A DNA stretch of 32,000 nucleotides from Halomicronema hongdechloris C2206 (GCF_002075285.3 NZ_CP021983.2:5190001-5222000), one strand, 5' to 3'. Positions 9,679 to 18,607 are shown, numbered from the stretch's first letter. Translations and numbers: made by a program. Notes: a model not told the origin generated them from the letters alone.

Positions 9679-9969
9679 CTAGCCCTCATCAAGAATTTTA
9701 GGCACCTTAAAGTAATCCTCTTCCCGCTCGGGGGCACTATCCAGCATCTGCTCCCGGGCCGGGAAGGACTCCGCCACATCTTGACGGGTGACATTGTTGA
9801 TTTCAAGGGCCCGAGTCGTCGGTTCCACAGCTTCGGTATCGAGCTCACTCAACTGCTCGACATATTCCAGGATGCTGCTCAGTTGAGTGGTAAACTGCTG
9901 CTCCTCCTCAGGAGTTAGCTCTAAGCGAGCCAGCAGCGCCACCTTGCGAACTTGTTCAAGATCAATCAT
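9679..9969 (-). CDS. gatC: Asp-tRNA(Asn)/Glu-tRNA(Gln) amidotransferase subunit C
   Basis: MIDLEQVRKVALLARLELTPEEEQQFTTQLSSILEYVEQLSELDTEAVEPTTR... is the canonical GatC pattern. The ATG at 9969 is preferred over the TTG at 9996 used by the track. Confidence 0.85.
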   Translation of the reverse strand: MIDLEQVRKVALLARLELTPEEEQQFTTQLSSILEYVEQLSELDTEAVEPTTRALEINNVTRQDVAESFPAREQMLDSAPEREEDYFKVPKILDEG

Positions 9970-10123
9970 GGGTAGGTCAATAGCGGTAGGCAGCAATCAA
10001 GCATTCCTGCCAGTTTTCGTGGTTGCATCCCTCGATAGAGGCTGGGTGAGCTAAAGAGGGATAAAGGAGCAGAGGCTGGAACTGGGACTCCGTTAGAAAA
10101 GAAAACCGACGGGGTAGCCCAGG

Positions 10124-10645
10124 TTAGAAAAACATGTCCATCTTCATGCGGCCAGTATTTTTCAGCCAGTTTTGGGCCTCGATGTAGTTGTTGGGGGCAA
10201 TCCGAATCGCTTCCATCCAGTAGCGCGCCGCCTCATCAAACATCTTCTCAGCCGTGTCACTGTCGCTGTTGGCTGTGGCCCTTTCCCCTTTGTAGTGGTA
10301 GATCACGGCGATATTGTTCAGGGCCTGACACATGCGGGGGTTGAGTTCTAAGGCCTGTTGATAATGGCTGAGGGCCCTGTCGTGCTCACCGTTGCTGGCA
10401 TGGATCAATCCCATGTTGTAGAGAATGAAACTCTTGTCGTAGGGATCTTCTTCGAGTCTTAGGGCCTCTTCGTAGTTCTCTAGGGCTTCGGCGTATTCTC
10501 CTTCTGACTGGGCTGACATGCCATCGCGATAGTAGGCGAAGGCTTGCTTGGCATTATCTTTGGCGGGCATGAGCTTGAGGATCAAATCCGCCATGACCGT
10601 AAAGGTCTTGTCAATGAAGTTGTCGTTGCGCTGGGTTCTAGGCAT
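10124..10645 (-). CDS. ycf3: photosystem I assembly protein Ycf3 (TPR)
   Basis: 173 aa. [24 protein letters not shown]...[54 protein letters not shown]... is unmistakably Ycf3. Confidence 0.95.
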   Translation of the reverse strand: MPRTQRNDNFIDKTFTVMADLILKLMPAKDNAKQAFAYYRDGMSAQSEGEYAEALENYEEALRLEEDPYDKSFILYNMGLIHASNGEHDRALSHYQQALELNPRMCQALNNIAVIYHYKGERATANSDSDTAEKMFDEAARYWMEAIRIAPNNYIEAQNWLKNTGRMKMDMFF

Positions 10646-10789
10646 AGATGACCTCGGCTCGCCTTAGCCACTAGCCATCACTGGTGGTAGTGACTAAGCA
10701 TTAACGGTTACCAGTCAGTTTAAACCAAGTCCAGTGCCAGATTGGGGCTGGTCCCGAGTAATCCGTAGGCGGCTATCGTCAGCGCGACT

Positions 10790-11230
10790 CTAGGGTAGAC
10801 CGTGCAGAGTCTGTAGCTGGCTATGAAGAGAGGTAAACAGGTCATTGACTGTGTTCCACTGGCTTTCGTCGATGGTTTCGCTGAGATCGACGCCGTAACG
10901 CTCAAATAGGTCGTCGCAGAGGGTCATAGACCAGTCGAACCAGCACACCAGTGGAAATTTTAGATCTTGGCAGAGTCGATCGCTTGGGTAAACGCGACCG
11001 AAACAGAGTCCGGAATAGTCACTCAACCGTCTGTATAGAAACATAGTGAACTCTTGCGGCAGGGGAACGGGCCGATGAGGGGGCACCCAATGAGCGTGAT
11101 GCCATTGTTCTGGAGGCAGGGCAGGACGCGATCGCAACTCTTGATTCACCTGACGCCGCAGGGATAAATCGGGGCTGAGCTCTGGATAGGTCTGCACACT
11201 GGCCAACTGATTGCGTAGATTTCGCCACAT
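10790..11230 (-). CDS. hypothetical protein (146 aa)
   Basis: ORF of normal G+C, in the same orientation as its neighbours. No motif recognised. The overlapping alternative-frame ORFs were judged spurious. Confidence 0.45.
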   Translation of the reverse strand: MWRNLRNQLASVQTYPELSPDLSLRRQVNQELRSRPALPPEQWHHAHWVPPHRPVPLPQEFTMFLYRRLSDYSGLCFGRVYPSDRLCQDLKFPLVCWFDWSMTLCDDLFERYGVDLSETIDESQWNTVNDLFTSLHSQLQTLHGLP

Positions 11231-11391
11231 GGATGGTTGGCTAAAAGAGACGATATTTGAGTGTTATCCCCAGTGTGCCCAGATCTGGGGGCAAGGCATC
11301 AAGGGCTGAAGCCCCGTTCATGGGGATGTGCCATTTGCTACCGAGGCGGTGCGGCCGCGGGGTATGAGCCAGGCATTGGTCAGGGCAGGCG

Positions 11392-13119
11392 TCAGCTGGC
11401 CTGCTCTAGGGTCATGGCCTGACACCAGGTGTAGAAGTCTTTGCTGGCCATGGGCTGACCCAGCAAATATCCCTGGACGCTGTCGCACTGGTAATCCTGC
11501 AGCAGGGCTAATTCGGCCTCGGTTTCTACCCCTTCGGCCACCACATAGAGGTCTAGGGCGTGGGCCATCTCGATCATAGCGGTGAGAATCACCTGATTCT
11601 TGGCATCGGTGGTCAGCCCATTGACGAAGCAGCGATCAATTTTCAGGGTGTCGATGGGAAATTGCTTCAGATAGCTGAGGGAAGAATAGCCCGTGCCGAA
11701 GTCGTCCACGGCAATCCTGAGGCCCTGGGTCTTCAGCTCTGAGAGCATGGCCAAGGCAGCGGTGGCGTCTTGCATCAGGGCGGTCTCGGTCAACTCCAAC
11801 TCCAGTAACTGGGGAGAGAGGCCGGTTTCCTGCAGAATCTGGGCGATGGTCTGGGGCAAGTGGGGCTGATTCAGCTGGACGCTGGAGAGGTTCACCGACA
11901 CCTTGATCGGGGGGAGTCCCTGCTGTTGCCAGGTTTTGACCTGGGTGCAGGTCTGGCGCAGAATCCACTCCCCGATGGGCACAATCAGCCCCGTCTCTTC
12001 GGCCAGGGGAATAAACCGCCCTGGAGAAATGAATCCCTGTTGGGGGTGGGTCCAGCGGATCAGGGCTTCGGCGCTGAGGGCGGGCACCGATGATGATCGC
12101 TGGCGGCCCAACACCCGCTGGGGCTGATAGTATACATCGAACTCATGGCGTTCTAGGGCATAGCGCAGATTGGTTTCCAGCTGCAGATCGTCCCCGGAGA
12201 CCACGGGCATATCGGCCCGGTAGAACTGGCAGTAGTGGCTTTTTTGACGCTTAGCGCCCTCCAGGGCGGCATCGACCTGCCGCAACAGGGTGTCGAGATC
12301 GGTGCTGTCGTTAGGATAGAGGGCGATGCCGATGCTGATGGTGACAAAGACATCCTGGCCGGTGAGGGCAAAGGGCAACGACAGGCGCTTGATCAGATCA
12401 TTGGCGACGGTGCGCACGGCCTCGCGAGAGCCTGGATGGGAGAGCAGAATCGCAAACTGATTGCCGGTGAGGCGGGCGACGGTAGTGCCATGGGGCAGAG
12501 ATGCCCTGAGGCGACTGGCGGTTAACCGCAGCAGGTCATCGCCGGCGGGATGGCCCAGGGTATTGTTCACCTGGCGCAGTCGATCGAGGCTGAGGCAGAG
12601 TAGGGCGACGGGGCCTTGAGACATGGCTTGGCGCAGCCGTTGACGCAGCAGGTGGTGATTGGGTAGCTCGGTCAGGTGGTCGTAGTGGGCCAGACGATTG
12701 AGCCGTTCTGCGGTCTTGCGCAGCACCGCCACGTAGCGCTCGGTGAGGCGGGCCTGTTTCTGCAGGCGGCTGCGGATGGCGGCCATGAGTTCGGTGGGGG
12801 TGGCCGGATGTGTTAAACAGTCATCGGCTCCCAGTTCGATGCAGTGGCGCAGATAGGTGCGGTCGCTGCGGACGGTGAGTAAAATCACCGGAATGACGGC
12901 GGCATCTGGGCTGCTTTGGAGCGCCTGCAATAGGGCTTGGGAATCGCCACCATCCAAGTCGAGGGTGCACAGGATCAGATCGGGTTGCTCGGCTTGGGCC
13001 AGGGGCAGACCGTCGGTGCTATCCTTGGCGACCACGGTCTCTACCCCTTCCCCGATCAGGAGTTTAAGGATAGACTTGCGCTCTCGATTATCCTGTCCGA
13101 TGACCAGGATTTTATGCAT
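11392..13119 (-). CDS. response regulator receiver - degenerate GGDEF - EAL protein (probable c-di-GMP phosphodiesterase)
   Basis: The REC N-terminus reads MHKILVIGQDN...PDLILCTLDLDGGD. The GGDEF-domain core has TGNQF (ARLTGNQFAILL) in place of GGDEF. EAL-domain motifs present: EALIRW, ELTE, DDFGTGYSSLSYLK, KIDRCFV, EGVET. Confidence 0.9.
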   Translation of the reverse strand: MHKILVIGQDNRERKSILKLLIGEGVETVVAKDSTDGLPLAQAEQPDLILCTLDLDGGDSQALLQALQSSPDAAVIPVILLTVRSDRTYLRHCIELGADDCLTHPATPTELMAAIRSRLQKQARLTERYVAVLRKTAERLNRLAHYDHLTELPNHHLLRQRLRQAMSQGPVALLCLSLDRLRQVNNTLGHPAGDDLLRLTASRLRASLPHGTTVARLTGNQFAILLSHPGSREAVRTVANDLIKRLSLPFALTGQDVFVTISIGIALYPNDSTDLDTLLRQVDAALEGAKRQKSHYCQFYRADMPVVSGDDLQLETNLRYALERHEFDVYYQPQRVLGRQRSSSVPALSAEALIRWTHPQQGFISPGRFIPLAEETGLIVPIGEWILRQTCTQVKTWQQQGLPPIKVSVNLSSVQLNQPHLPQTIAQILQETGLSPQLLELELTETALMQDATAALAMLSELKTQGLRIAVDDFGTGYSSLSYLKQFPIDTLKIDRCFVNGLTTDAKNQVILTAMIEMAHALDLYVVAEGVETEAELALLQDYQCDSVQGYLLGQPMASKDFYTWCQAMTLEQAS

Positions 13120-13232
13120 GACGACCGCTCATCAGGTCACAGCTGTAGACATCATCTTAGGCGTTCCCATGGTCCCCATTATTGAGCCCAGCCGTTCCCC
13201 TGCCACGGGGGTGGCCGCCCCTTCATCAGGGA

Positions 13233-14599
13233 TTAACATGGGGCTGAAGCTGGGGTTTGGCCACAGAGGCGGGCCAGGGTGGGAATGAAGTCGGGATAGG
13301 AGACCGCCGCCGCCCTCGGCTCGCTGCACCTGGGTGACGCCCTGGGCCCTGAGGGCGGCTATGGTGAGGCTCATGCCGACGCGGTGGTCGGTGTGGCTGT
13401 CGACGTCGCTGCCGTGTAGGGTAGCTCCACCGAGAATGTCGAGGCCGTCGGCGTGTTCGGTGACCTGGGCCCCGAGACGATTGAGTTGATTGGCCATGAC
13501 GGTGATGCGATCGCATTCCTTCACTCGCAGTTCTGACGCATCGCGAATCACGGTGGTTCCCTTGGCGAACAGGGCGGCCACGGCCAGAATCGGGATTTCA
13601 TCGATCAGGCGGGGAATCAAGGCGCCGCTGAAGTGGGCCGCCTGCAGTTGACTGTGGCGCACCCGCAGATCGGCTACGGGTTCGCCGGTGACCAGTCGCT
13701 GGTTTTCCAGGGTGATATCGGCCTGCATGGCCTGCAGCGCCTCTAGGATGCCAGTGCGGGTGGGGTTGACGCCGACGTTTTCGATGATCAACTCGGAGCC
13801 GGGGGTGATGGCAGCGGCCACCAGCCAGAAGGCGGCGGAACTGATGTCGCCGGGCACGATCACCGTCTGCCCCGTCAATTGGGCCGGACCATAGACGGTG
13901 ACTGTGTGACGGTCGGGCTCCAGGGTGAGTTCGGCCCCGAAGGCCCGCAGCATGCGCTCGCTGTGGTCCCGAGACAGGCTGGGCTCGCTGACGCTGGTCT
14001 GACCGTCCACCATCAGACCCGCCAGCAAAATACAGGATTTTACCTGGGCCGAGGCCACCGGAGAGGTGTAGTGCTGGGGTCGCAGCCGTTGGCCCTGCAC
14101 CGCCAAGGGGGCCAGGCTCTGGCCCTGGCGGCCCCAGATAGTGGCCCCCATCTGGCTCAGGGGCTTAATCACGCGACCCATGGGCCGCGATCGCAAGGAG
14201 TCGTCCCCGGTGTGACCACGAAGAAGCGCTGCGGATGGGAGGCCAATAACCCCAGCATCAGCCGCAGGGTGGTGCCGGAGTTGCCGGCATTGAGGATATC
14301 GGCCGGCTCCAGCAAGGTTTGCCCAGGCCACCCCTCGCACCGTCACCCAGTCGGCCGCCAGATCCGAGATCTGCACCCCCATGGCTTGAAAACAGCGAGC
14401 GGTGCTGCGGGGGTCTTCCCCCAATAAGAGTCCCTGAATGCGGGTCTCTCCCGATGCGATCGCACCCAGCATCAAGGCCCGATGGGAAATGGATTTATCT
14501 CCCGGCACCCGTAATCGCCCCTGCAGGGCCACCCCATCAGTGGGGGTCTGGATGGATTAGGGTCTGGTGGGAGGAGGCTGCCGGCGTGAGCTGGAACAT
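13233..14599 (-). pseudogene. aroA: 3-phosphoshikimate 1-carboxyvinyltransferase (EPSP synthase), four frameshifts as sequenced
   Basis: Clear EPSPS matches: [61 protein letters not shown]. Reading across frames recovers [27 protein letters not shown] (shift near 14553-14557). It also recovers [38 protein letters not shown] in an alternative frame between about 14330 and about 14215, and [28 protein letters not shown]-stop (shift near 13313-13317, TAA at 13233-13235). The track ORF 13132..14532 is the artefactual single-frame reading. Confidence 0.85.
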
Positions 14600-14755
14600 G
14601 GCGATGGGCGGTCAGGGCTGATGGCGATGTGCAGGCTAGTAGAAGGATTCTACGATGGGACCGGGTTGCAGGGCACAGATGCAAGGAATCTCACTCCCCG
14701 CCATTACCAGACCGCACCTGCTCCACCTGGGCTGTCGTGAGCCCCAATAGCGTAG

Positions 14756-15607
14756 TCACCTGATCCAGCGTTCATCCCGGTGGCCAGTAGATTTCTTAGC
14801 CGCTTGCAGCACCTGAGCCTGAGCCCTTTCTCGGGCCTGCTGTTCCTGTTCGGTATCCGTCAACAGCCAACCTCCATCGGCGCTGCACCACCGCAACCAA
14901 TCACCAGCAATGCCCTCAAACCTCCCCAGCCCCAGCCCCAGACCGATCTGTAAGTCGGCTAACCACGCCTGGGGAGGGGGCGCCTGCACTGGCGCTTCCT
15001 GATACCGTCCCCCCACCAGCTGAAAATGGCGCAATCGTCGAGTTGGACGGCTGTAGACCAGATAATGGGGCACTCGCAGCCACTGTTCATAGACGGTAAG
15101 CTTACTGGGGGGCTGCTCTGAGCCCACTGGGGGCGACTCCGCTGCCATGGGCCATGGTTCCTCTATGCCATCTGCCGATGCCACCGCATCCTCGGCGCCA
15201 TAAAACCGCCCTAGGTCTTCTGGTTCCGTCCCCGGTGACAACAACTCAATCACCACGTAGGGGTTTTGCCCTTCCTGCCAGGTGACATAGCTGCGGCGCA
15301 GATCATGCCCGTCGTAGAGCCGCGGTACCCCCACGGCCAGAAACCAATCCGGCCGTTTGTACCAGCGGGGATAGTGGACATCGTAGTAAAGGTTGAGGTC
15401 TGAGCCGGTAAACCACTGGTCGCGGCTGTAGTCTGCCAGGGTCAGCATGCGGCTGAGTAACTGGGGTTGCAGATCATGAAATTCATCCGGTAAACCCGGT
15501 TCCCCCACAGACTCGCTCGGTAAATCATACATGGTGGGTAGGGTCTCGCGGGGAGGGCGCGGTGGCACGGTTTGAGGAATGGAGTGCCCGGTGGTAAAGG
15601 TCATCAT
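14756..15607 (-). CDS. Uma2-family (DUF820) putative endonuclease, long form
   Basis: Family pattern: LPTMYDLPSESVGEPGLPDEFHDLQPQLL...DLNLYYD...RPDWFLAVGVPR...SYVTWQEGQNPYVVIELLSPGTEPEDLG...KLTVYEQWLRVPHYLVY. The start is taken at MMTFTTG (15607). The upstream extension of the ORF runs into the duplicated segment. Confidence 0.85.
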   Translation of the reverse strand: MMTFTTGHSIPQTVPPRPPRETLPTMYDLPSESVGEPGLPDEFHDLQPQLLSRMLTLADYSRDQWFTGSDLNLYYDVHYPRWYKRPDWFLAVGVPRLYDGHDLRRSYVTWQEGQNPYVVIELLSPGTEPEDLGRFYGAEDAVASADGIEEPWPMAAESPPVGSEQPPSKLTVYEQWLRVPHYLVYSRPTRRLRHFQLVGGRYQEAPVQAPPPQAWLADLQIGLGLGLGRFEGIAGDWLRWCSADGGWLLTDTEQEQQARERAQAQVLQAAKKSTGHRDERWIR

Positions 15608-15693
15608 CGCGACAGGCCAACGGCTATCTTGATTGTAAGGGGGCACTGCGTTCATGGCGCCGCACCCGGAGGGAACATCGCCCCTGCCCTGCC

Positions 15694-16060
15694 CCCCTGT
15701 CATTCCGACCGCAGAGTGGAATCTCGATCTCCGCCGCGAACCATCAGCGGCTATGACTACCCCTACGACTGGGCTCCCTTTATCCTGATGGGTAGCGGGC
15801 TGTGCCCAGGTCTGCCCTTGCTACACTGAGCCTAACTGCCACGACGGTTTTCGCTTATGTCTGTGCCTACTACCGAATCCCTTCAGGCCCAACCAGAGCA
15901 GGCATCATCAAACGCCATACGCTTTCCGCCTGGAGACCTCTACAGCGATGAACCCCCCGTGGAAACTGAACTGCACCTGCGCCAGATATTGCTGTTGATC
16001 CAAAGTTTGGAACGGCTCTGGAGCGATCGCCAAGACTTCTATGCCTTCGGTAATCTCACC
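15694..16060 (+). repeat. segmental duplication, copy 1 (CHAT 3' tail, 5' UTR, first 68 codons of Uma2 gene)
   Basis: Aligns to 16920-17305. There are 5 substitutions and one 19-bp indel, all upstream of about 15815. The alignment is identical from there through the first 204 coding nt. Confidence 0.9.
15743..15829 (+). pseudogene. orphan 3' tail of a CHAT-domain protease gene
   Basis: The frame ends ...ISGYDYPYDWAPFILMGSGLCPGLPLLH-stop. The Y-W-A-P-F-I-L-x-G ending is the characteristic C-terminus of CHAT-domain proteins. Upstream sequence is occupied by the opposite-strand Uma2 gene, so only about 25 codons remain. Confidence 0.4.
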
Positions 16061-16570
16061 ATTTACTACAGTCCACACCAGCGGAAGTCAGAAGATTTCC
16101 GAGGCCCGGACTTCTTCGTGGTACTGGACACCGAGCGCAAACCGCGCAAAAGCTGGGTGGTGTGGGAAGAAGATGGTAAATACCCGAACGTGATTGTGGA
16201 GTTGCTGTCGGAGTCGACGGCTAAGACGGACCGCGGCCTGAAAAAGCAGATCTACCAAGACATCTTCCGCACCCTCGATTATTTCTGGTTTGACCCCGAT
16301 ACTCTGGAATTCGAGGGCTTTCACCTGGTGGATGGCACCTATCAGTCCATTGCCCCTACTGAACAGGGCTGGCGCTGGAGTCAGCAATTAGGACTATATC
16401 TGGGCATCCATGAAGAGCAGCTCCGCTTTTTCACGGCTGAGAAAACCTTGGTGCCTACGCCAGAAGAATCTGCTGAAGTTGAGCGGCAGCGTGCCGAAGC
16501 TGAGCGGCAACGCAACGAACAACTGATCGCCAGGCTGCGGGAGCTTGGGATTGATCCTGATCAGGTATGA
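15857..16570 (+). CDS. Uma2-family (DUF820) putative endonuclease
   Basis: 237 aa. Family pattern: FPPGDLYSDEPPVETELHLRQILLLIQSL...FYAFGNLTIYYS...GPDFFVVLD...SWVVWEEDGKYPNVIVELLSESTAKTDRGLKKQIYQDIFRTLDYFWFDP. The C-terminal tail is charged and coiled: ERQRAEAERQRNEQLIARLRELGIDP. Confidence 0.9.
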   Translation: MSVPTTESLQAQPEQASSNAIRFPPGDLYSDEPPVETELHLRQILLLIQSLERLWSDRQDFYAFGNLTIYYSPHQRKSEDFRGPDFFVVLDTERKPRKSWVVWEEDGKYPNVIVELLSESTAKTDRGLKKQIYQDIFRTLDYFWFDPDTLEFEGFHLVDGTYQSIAPTEQGWRWSQQLGLYLGIHEEQLRFFTAEKTLVPTPEESAEVERQRAEAERQRNEQLIARLRELGIDPDQV

Positions 16571-16744
16571 GCACTGCTCGAATGAGGACAACTCGTGTAA
16601 GAGGATATTTGAAAAGTACCCTACAACCTTGCCCCAGACTGGATCTTGGCTGACAGAGCCATAAACTCTAAAACGCTTGCCTTGCAAGACTGTCAGCCGA
16701 GTTTTCAAATGTCCTCTAAACCAGACTTGAGCCGCGCCCTACGT

Positions 16745-16890
16745 AAAAACGACGGCTGTCCCAGACAAAGGTCTATGGGGACCGCGCAGAAATAGATCGG
16801 TACCGGCAAAAAATGATTGCGTTCCAGAGAAAAGTCTATGGGTCCCGCCTAAAAACGACTGCATCCCAGATGAGAGTGGGTTGGCGCCGG
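16745..16890 (+). repeat. three degenerate direct repeats (about 40 nt units)
   Basis: Unit 1 at 16745: AAAAACGACGGCTGTCCCAGACAAAGGTCTATGGGGACCGCGC. Unit 2 at 16808: AAAAAATGATTGCGTTCCAGAGAAAAGTCTATGGGTCCCGCC. Unit 3 at 16851: AAAAACGACTGCATCCCAGATGAGAGTGGGTTGGCGCCG. Confidence 0.35.
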
Positions 16891-16919
16891 TCAGAGATTA
16901 GGGGCCATCGCATCAAACT

Positions 16920-17305
16920 CCCCTGTCATTCCGACCGTAGGGTAGCTTGCTTCTCGCAGAGTGGAATCTCGATCTCCGCCGTGAACCATCAGCGGCTATG
17001 ACCACCCCTACAACTAGGCTCCCTTTATCCTGATGGGTAGCAGGCTGTGCCCAGGTCTGCCCTTGCTACACTGAGCCTAACTGCCACGACGGTTTTCGCT
17101 TATGTCTGTGCCTACTACCGAATCCCTTCAGGCCCAACCAGAGCAGGCATCATCAAACGCCATACGCTTTCCGCCTGGAGACCTCTACAGCGATGAACCC
17201 CCCGTGGAAACTGAACTGCACCTGCGCCAGATATTGCTGTTGATCCAAAGTTTGGAACGGCTCTGGAGCGATCGCCAAGACTTCTATGCCTTCGGTAATC
17301 TCACC
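16920..17305 (+). repeat. segmental duplication, copy 2
   Basis: See copy 1. This copy carries an extra 19 bp, TAGGGTAGCTTGCTTCTCG, after CATTCCGACCG. It ends abruptly at the IS4-like element. Confidence 0.9.
17102..17305 (+). pseudogene. Uma2-family gene, duplicated 5' stump (68 codons) cut by an IS
   Basis: Nucleotide-identical to 15857-16060 (MSVPTTESLQ...FYAFGNLT). It diverges at 17306, where the IS inverted repeat begins. Confidence 0.85.
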
Positions 17306-18607
17306 CTGACTGCCTGACACATCTTTTACTCTAGTCGGCAGGATAGAGAGCGGATGCGAGAGAACCAGATTTGGTCGTAATAGTCGTGCTCCGCTTTTTT
17401 GGAGGCAAAACAAGGCTCTGGGTCACGGACTAACAGCGCTATCGGCTCTAGAAGCTGTCGTCCTTTGTGAACGACTCCCTTAAGCCAGCGCAATCCAATC
17501 TTGAGGTAGCTGAGTCCGCGCCGCCAATGAGGGTCTACCTGCTGCCTAAGGCCTTCAATCTGAACCGCCATGCCAGTGGTTGTTCCATAAAGCAGTGCAA
17601 TAGCGGCCACTAGATAAAGTCGCTCAAGGGTTACCGCTGAGCGGATTCGGGAGTCTTCAATCTCGAAAGCTCCTGATTTGCTATCCAAAAACAGCTCCTC
17701 TACTCTGAAACGCAACGCGTAGCGCCAGAGCGTCTGCAAGGTAGGCGGTTCATCGGTGATGACGGCCCAAGGCTCTTTGACGCCTTTAAGCGTCGCCAGC
17801 ACGATGTTGCACTGGTGGGAGCCATCCTGCCACAGCCTGACATTTCGATAGAAAATCGCCTCGCCTTTTGGCGGCCACAGATATCTCACTTCAGTCGGAT
17901 AACGCCTTGGCCCGTGCAGCAGGACATCGCAGGGCACTCGCAAGCAGTAGTGCCAACTGCTCGCTTGCAACCAACTCATCAAGTCGTGGTTGGCAAAGCC
18001 TCGGTCGGCCAGCAGCATTAGGTTCGGGTACTGCCTCAAAAGCCACCGGGCACGGCGCAGCAAAGGGCGGTATTCTTCAAAAGCCACCGTTGCACTGCCA
18101 TGCTCAAGCACTCGCCACAGTAGCGGGACTGCTCGTCCGCAGCACACCACTGACAGGTGAATCATGCAGTATTGGTTCCACAGCACCGTTGTATCGAGTG
18201 CCAGATACAGCCGCTTGCCCTCCCACTGCCTCAGCGTCAGCAGCACCAGCGGTAGGTAGAGCTGATTTATCTCAACGAGCCGGTTGCCGAAAAATCGATG
18301 CCACCGCCGCTCGAAGCTTTGCGCTTTGTTGGCACGGCTTATCACGTAGGACTCCCAAGCAGGTGGGCTCAGCTCACCACTACAAATCAGGGCGGTGACC
18401 ATCCAAGATAGGGCTTTGATATGGCGCAAGTCCCGGTAGTGGCTGTATTGACGCAGATAGTGCAGCAGTTGATCATAGAGCTGGGTAGAGCTTGGCATGT
18501 CGCTTTGGCCGTCAGTGTGGTAACTACAGCCTCGCACACGAGCTCTGCCTATTTCCTCTTTGTCCTGATATGACTACCTTTCAGCTACTTCTGTCAGGCA
18601 CTCAGGG
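17304..18607 (-). mobile_element. IS4-like insertion sequence (about 1.30 kb)
   Basis: Terminal IRs CCCTGACTGCCTGACA (17304-17319) and the reverse complement of TGTCAGGCACTCAGGG (18592-18607) match 15/16. One transposase ORF. No target-site duplication. The two flanks belong to two different truncated genes. Confidence 0.75.
17326..18498 (-). CDS. IS4-like DDE transposase
   Basis: About 390 aa from ATG 18498 (the track starts at GTG 18537). Acidic motifs LYLALDTTVLW and LLADRGFANHD. Y-2-R-3-E-6-K signature in YALRFRVEELFLDSK. Confidence 0.85.
   Translation of the reverse strand: MPSSTQLYDQLLHYLRQYSHYRDLRHIKALSWMVTALICSGELSPPAWESYVISRANKAQSFERRWHRFFGNRLVEINQLYLPLVLLTLRQWEGKRLYLALDTTVLWNQYCMIHLSVVCCGRAVPLLWRVLEHGSATVAFEEYRPLLRRARWLLRQYPNLMLLADRGFANHDLMSWLQASSWHYCLRVPCDVLLHGPRRYPTEVRYLWPPKGEAIFYRNVRLWQDGSHQCNIVLATLKGVKEPWAVITDEPPTLQTLWRYALRFRVEELFLDSKSGAFEIEDSRIRSAVTLERLYLVAAIALLYGTTTGMAVQIEGLRQQVDPHWRRGLSYLKIGLRWLKGVVHKGRQLLEPIALLVRDPEPCFASKKAEHDYYDQIWFSRIRSLSCRLE

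Noticed and set aside
13132-13232. C-terminal 34-codon extension of the listed aroA ORF (…[18 protein letters not shown]…MSTAVT).
   Set aside because: It is produced by the frameshift near 13315. In the corrected frame the protein ends [28 protein letters not shown] with TAA at 13233-13235.
15608-15703. N-terminal extension of the 315-aa Uma2 ORF (MTGGQGRGDVPSGCGAMNAVPPYNQDSRWPVA).
   Set aside because: It runs into the duplicated intergenic segment and the CHAT tail. Family members start close to the MMTFTTG…LPTMYDLPSE position.
16745-16890. Possible CRISPR array, because of the repeated ~40-nt units.
   Set aside because: There are only three units. They are degenerate, the spacing is irregular (63 and 43 nt), there are no uniform spacers and no cas genes are nearby.
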